From Cyanophora paradoxa CCMP329 (taxonomy: Eukaryota > Plantae > Glaucophyta): a stretch of DNA of 64,000 bases. The translations under genes and the position numbers were made by a program. The notes below the pieces were generated by a model that saw only the letters and a list, made by a program, of their open reading frames with translations, was not told the origin of the DNA and did not search any database. The stretch covers positions 1 to 64,000 of the forward strand of contig QPMI01000162.1 in NCBI GenBank assembly GCA_004431415.1. Direction: 5' to 3'. Of the stretch, positions 59,504 through 64,000 are shown piece after piece (within the stretch, counting starts at the first letter, position 1; every line of letters begins with the position of its first letter).

Positions 59504-59823
59504 GCGGCGAATTAAAAGATCAGTCAGATCTTTGGGACTGGTGGAATTTGCTCAGGCTCATACAAGAAATCACCAGGGGGCAAAGCCACTGCCTCGGCGA
59601 CTGCTACTACTGAACCTAAGGGAGGGTAACTGGCTGGCGTCCGGGTTACACAGCCGCACGTGGAACATTTTGTTCCCGGGTTGTTGTGCAGCTGGAAGGG
59701 CAGAGTACGCCCAAGCTTGAGGCGACTCCGGCGAGGGCTCGACGTAGAGGTGCGGCAACTCACGCGTTGCCGGGCCCTGCCCATTGAGCGTACATGGGAC
59801 GAGGGCCTCTCCGACGGGGAGCT

Positions 59824-60260
59824 TTACAGGTCCGAGCACGCGGACCAGGATCCCAAGCTGGTCCGGAGCCGAAAAGGGACGACAACCTCACGGTAGTGGC
59901 TGTCGCGGGCGCGGAGGCACCAGCCCGACAGCGTAGTGTCGATCTGGCCGTGGATGGCCTGGATGGCATCCAGGCCGAGAAGAATGTCGGGCTCGGGGCC
60001 CATGACGCCGCGCGGGACGACGAAAACACGACGGCAGAAACGGAGAGTCCCGAGGATGAAAACTACGTCGGCGCGACGGCAACGGATTTTGTCGCGGTCC
60101 ATGAAGCCACGAACTACGGTGTGGCCTCGACGTAATTGACTTCGTCGGGCGGCAGGCGATCGAGGACTTCCTGCGGACGACGGTGCCTTGGGCGCCCGTG
60201 TCGATGACGATGCGGACAGGCCGCTCGGCGCCCGACCGTCCGTTGGGAGTCGCATCGCGA
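59824..60260 (-). CDS. Retroviral-type aspartic protease (frameshifted)
   Basis: VRIVIDTGAQGTVV, and ILLGLDAI in the adjacent frame. Confidence 0.8.
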
Positions 60261-60499
60261 TGCAGCCTGGGATTTGCAGTGTTTTTGGCCGGAAGAACTC
60301 GAGCGTTTTGTCGCGAGGCCAGCCGGTGCGGGCCTTGCGGACGTAGTACTCGGGTTCCGGCGGGGCGGGCGTCCCGCGAGGTCGGGCTGCCCGCTTCAGA
60401 GCTCGGCGAGGACGGCGCGAGTTGCGAGCGCTGCGCGGCGCGCGATCCGCTGCTGCTCCGCCTGCTCCTCCGCGGGGACGGGCGCGAGCGTTTACGCCG

Positions 60500-63400
60500 G
60501 CTCGGGCCGTGACGGTTTGCATAAATCAACTCGTCGGCGGGCGGGTCGTAGCCCGCGCGCGTGCCCAGCGGAGTGTCCTCTGCCGGCCGAGGGAGGGCAG
60601 CGGTGGGGCGGTTCTTGGCGCTCAGCGCGTGACCGACAGGGACCATCGCCTCCTCGTCCGAGCTGATGCCCTCGGGGTAGATGATGGCCTCAGCCTCAAG
60701 GGCCGTTTTCGGGGGGAACGCGGTCGGAGTCGACCCTGAGAACCACTCACGGGCGAGGCGTGGCGGGGCTTTGTAGCCCTGCTTGTGCAGCGTGAGCCCG
60801 TAGCGGGTCATGATCGACTGGTGCGCAGCGCGGAGCGCCGGCGACAGCTCGGACGGCTTGACCGTCAGCATGAGGGCCGGGTTCGCCAGCCAGTTGAAAA
60901 CTGTGACCGTGGAGCGGGGCCCCAGCTGGTTGAGAAGGCGGCGCGCCCAGGCCGGAGCCTGCTCGCGCTGAGCTGCCGGGCGGGTTGCTCCTGTGCCGGC
61001 GAGCTAGCGGCGGGGCGAGGGCGCCGGTCCTGGCGCGGCGGGGGACCGCTGGGGCGGCCCTCTCGACGAGCAGGACGGGCTCTCGGACGCTGACGCAGGG
61101 CGCAGCACTGCGCTCTTCGACTGCGGTGGCGCCCAGGGCTGCGCCGCTCGGGGAAACGTGCAGGTGCGCGGGCAGGTCGCCGTGAACTCGCGCCGCGCGA
61201 ATGGGCTCGGCAGTCTCAGCTGCTTTGCGCACCATCCGAACGACTCGCGATCCGGTCGCCTCTGCCTCGCGGGCATGGATTTCGCGAAGCTCCCGTTGCC
61301 GCTCGCGTTCCAGCTGGGTGCGGAACTCACGAGTGACGTCGAGAGTGCGCCGGAGCGACTCGAGCTCGTTGCGAGGGCCCGTCGGAAGGGTCGACAGGAG
61401 GGACGTAACCGTGCCCTCGGGGAGAGTGATCTCCATGGAAATGTTTTGTTTCAGAGCCCGGCTCAGGAGCTCGAGCATTTGACAGCATCTTCTGTGGGCC
61501 TCTTTCCAATTGTCCTGCGGCGCCGCGTTGCCGCCCTTCATTCGGCGGTACACGTCGTGCGCGGTGGCCACCCGGCGGTCAACCGTGTACACCCAGTTCC
61601 GAAGATTCTGGAGTCCGGTGTCTCGCAGGCCCGGGTCGCGGCAAGCCGCGCACTCTTGTGCAAAGACCAGAAGGCCGAGAGTGGCGATGTTGGCCGCAGG
61701 GTCAAAAGAGGAAATCGACGCAGAAGGCCTGGCTTTCTTTTTCTCAGCGGTCTGCGACGTCGGCTGACCGGCCTGGGAGGAGGAGGCGCTACCCTCCGCA
61801 GTGGCAGCGTGCGACCCCGTCGCACCCTGCTCAGACTGCCCCCCAGGCCCGCTCAGAAAGGGCTGCTTCCCTTCTCGGCGGCCCGCAAGCGCTCAAGCTC
61901 GGCCCGTTCCGTGGCGCTAGCGGCTCGGAAGAGCTCTGCGCCGCGGGCGTGGCGGGAGCCGAGCCCAGCCCCACGCGGGCGCCATCGCGTACGTGCCGGC
62001 CCCGTGGCCGCCGTAGGAAGAGCGCGCTGTGGCCTGGTCCAGCTGGCGCAGCAGCGAGGCACGCAACGTGTCTGTCGTGTACTGCGCGCGCTTCTTTGCG
62101 TCCAGCTGGTGCGTAGCCTCGGCGTACGTCTTTTCCCACAGCGCGGTGTAGGCCTCGCGGGCCGTCGGGTTCTGGTAAACGCGAGACGCGTCGCGGACGT
62201 GCTCGTCGTACCCGGCCTCTTCGGCGCCCTTGGGCGGCGTCGGCGGGCGGCCCTTTCCCTTCCTGGGGCTGCGGCGACTGTCCCGGCGGCGGTCGCGCGA
62301 CCGGGAACGCGATCGTGAACGCGTTCGGCTGCGACGGTCCCGCGAGCTGCGGCGCGGGCTGCGGCTCGAACGGTCCCGGGAGGGGCTGCGCCGGGAGCGC
62401 GAGGGGCTCCTGCGGTCGTGGCGGCTTCGCGAGCTGCTCCGGCGGCGCTCAGGGAGCGGTGCGGCTGCGACGGTCGTCGCGGTCGCGGGACCGGCTGCGC
62501 CGGGAGTACTTCGATTGGGCCCGGAGGAGCGGGCCGGCGAGCGTGAGCGGCGCTTTGAGGGTGCCCGTGAGGACTCCCTGTCGCGTTCACGGGTCGCCGG
62601 CGGGCCGTAGTCTGGCTCGTGCTACTGCGCGGCGAGCGTTGGCCTTCTGTGACCGAGGCCGATCAGGCGTGCGCCGGGCGCGGCGGGCCATCGGCGTCTG
62701 CTCGCGTGGGGAGGGGACCGCGGCGGTGCTGCGGAACAGGCGGTGTGGTCGGGGAGGCTGCCCGGACTGCCACTGCCCGGACTGCCACTGCTGTCCTGGC
62801 GGCCCGGGGGCCAGGGCTGGGGCCGGGCTGCCAGGCTGACCCTGGAACCCTGGTTGGGCCGCCACCCTGGTAACCTCCGGACCCTGCCAGCCGCCACGGC
62901 CGCGCCAGCCGCCGCCACGCCAGCCGCCGCCACCGCCGCGCCAGCCGCCACGGCCGCGCGAGTCGCCTCCGCCTCGGCCGCCACGGCCACCATGCCACCG
63001 TGGGCGCAGCGTGGGCGGGGTCTGTCCGGCCTGCTGAGGGGCGCTCGAGCTCGAGGCCGCAGCCGGGGCAACGGCCTGTGCTTCCGCGGGGGCGGGGCCC
63101 TCGTTTTCGAGCGGCGTGACGCCCGTCTTTGCATCATCGACCAGTGCCGGCGGGGGAACGAAGTGTGTCCCCGCCCACGAGGTGCGCACGTCGGCGTCGT
63201 AGATCGGCTGATACGGCGTGCGGACCAGGTGGGCCTCGTCAGGGCTTTGCGCCTTGCCGCGCAGCTTCATGACCGGAGCGGCGTTCTTCTGCGTGGTGAC
63301 GGCGTCCCACATGAGCGCTGGTGAGAGAGCGTCGTTCTCCCATTCCGGGGACTTCAGGGCCTCCCAGTCGATCCTCGAGTCGCCGACGTGCCCAATCACA

Positions 63401-64000
63401 TGCACGTACTCGGCGTACAGAGTGCGCAGGATTCCCTCGAAGTTCTCTCTCACGCCGAAGGCTGTGCCCGTGAACACGAAGCCGTGGGGAAATTCTCGGG
63501 TGGCTCCAGAGCTCATTGGCGGCTCGAGCGGCCTCGGTGTCGGGGAGCACAGTCGGCTTCCAGGTGCCGGCGACCTTGGTCACTGGCCAGTGATCCTCCT
63601 CGCCAGCCATAGGCGGGGAGGCAAGCTCGAGGCGCTGGTACCCGAGTCCCTGCGGCGTCTGAGCGAGGTAGTCGCGCAGGGCGCTCGCTACGACGCCCTC
63701 GTGCGTCGAGCGGTCCGTCGCCCGCTTCAGGTGGTACTCCAGAACGTCACAGAGCGTCTCGCTCTGGACCGCGTTGAGCGGCGCCCGGCCGTCCTTCCGG
63801 CGCGGCAGCAGCGGGATCCCGGAGTGCTGGTGGCCCTGGAGAACGGCCAGGAGGATGCGCGAGCAGATGGCCAGGCGGCCCTCGTAGTCGGGTACTACTT
63901 TACCCTGCTCGTACTTCCAAGCAAGCGTCGGCGCCCATCGGCGTACGTCGGGCGTGCATCGCGGGCTCCCTTTTCCTTGTCGGGTTTGGACGGCGGCGGT
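60500..64000 (-). pseudogene. Long gag-like ORF region, multiply frameshifted, with RGG/GWRG and RS-dipeptide tracts
   Basis: Protein-like ORFs 60747-61592 and 62587-63516 lie upstream of the protease. GGRGGGGDSRGRGGWRGG and RSRSRSRDRRR segments. Confidence 0.6.

Larger units (their letters stand above)
53625..64000 (-). mobile_element. Ty3/Gypsy LTR retrotransposon (>10 kb, 5' end outside the window)
   Basis: Order gag-like, PR, RT, RNase H, IN on the minus strand, with a 3' LTR and polypurine tract. Confidence 0.95.

Noticed and set aside
1-64000. rRNA, tRNA, capsid or DNA polymerase genes
   Set aside because: No recognisable signatures by eye. A highly divergent capsid among the orphan ORFs cannot be excluded without profile searches.

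Overview
Very GC-rich, intron-dense eukaryotic DNA. Introns are about 50-80 nt, GT-AG plus apparent GC-AG, which looks like a protist or alga (a glaucophyte is only a guess). Four zones. (1) ~0.3-15.8 kb is an apparent cargo-carrying tyrosine-recombinase element. It holds a spliced gene fusing possible Bro-N-like domains, a Ulp1-type cysteine protease with a complete H/D/C triad, a tyrosine recombinase, a C2HC zinc finger and an AT-hook. It also carries a spliced classical AAA+ ATPase, a Skp1-like gene, orphan ORFs, and a duplicated control region in which 109-bp and 66-bp arrays carry the same 28-bp box in opposite orientations around an AT-rich core. This is the best candidate for an undescribed system. 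(2) 17.1-23.2 kb is an internally deleted pogo-type DNA transposon with a 5'-truncated L1/Tx1-like LINE inside it. (3) 24.8-48.1 kb holds host genes (helical-repeat protein, Tyr/Gln/Gly-rich protein, PARN/CAF1 deadenylase with a possible organellar presequence, VPS9-domain protein, LRR protein), plus a MITE and a 19-bp-duplication insertion with a triple-arm hairpin. (4) 48.7-64 kb is a nested retroelement cluster: a LINE 3' fragment, a DIRS/Ngaro RT, and a large Ty3/Gypsy element that interrupts the RT and runs off the window. Exon models and domain calls were made by eye. Several frameshifts may be decay or assembly errors.
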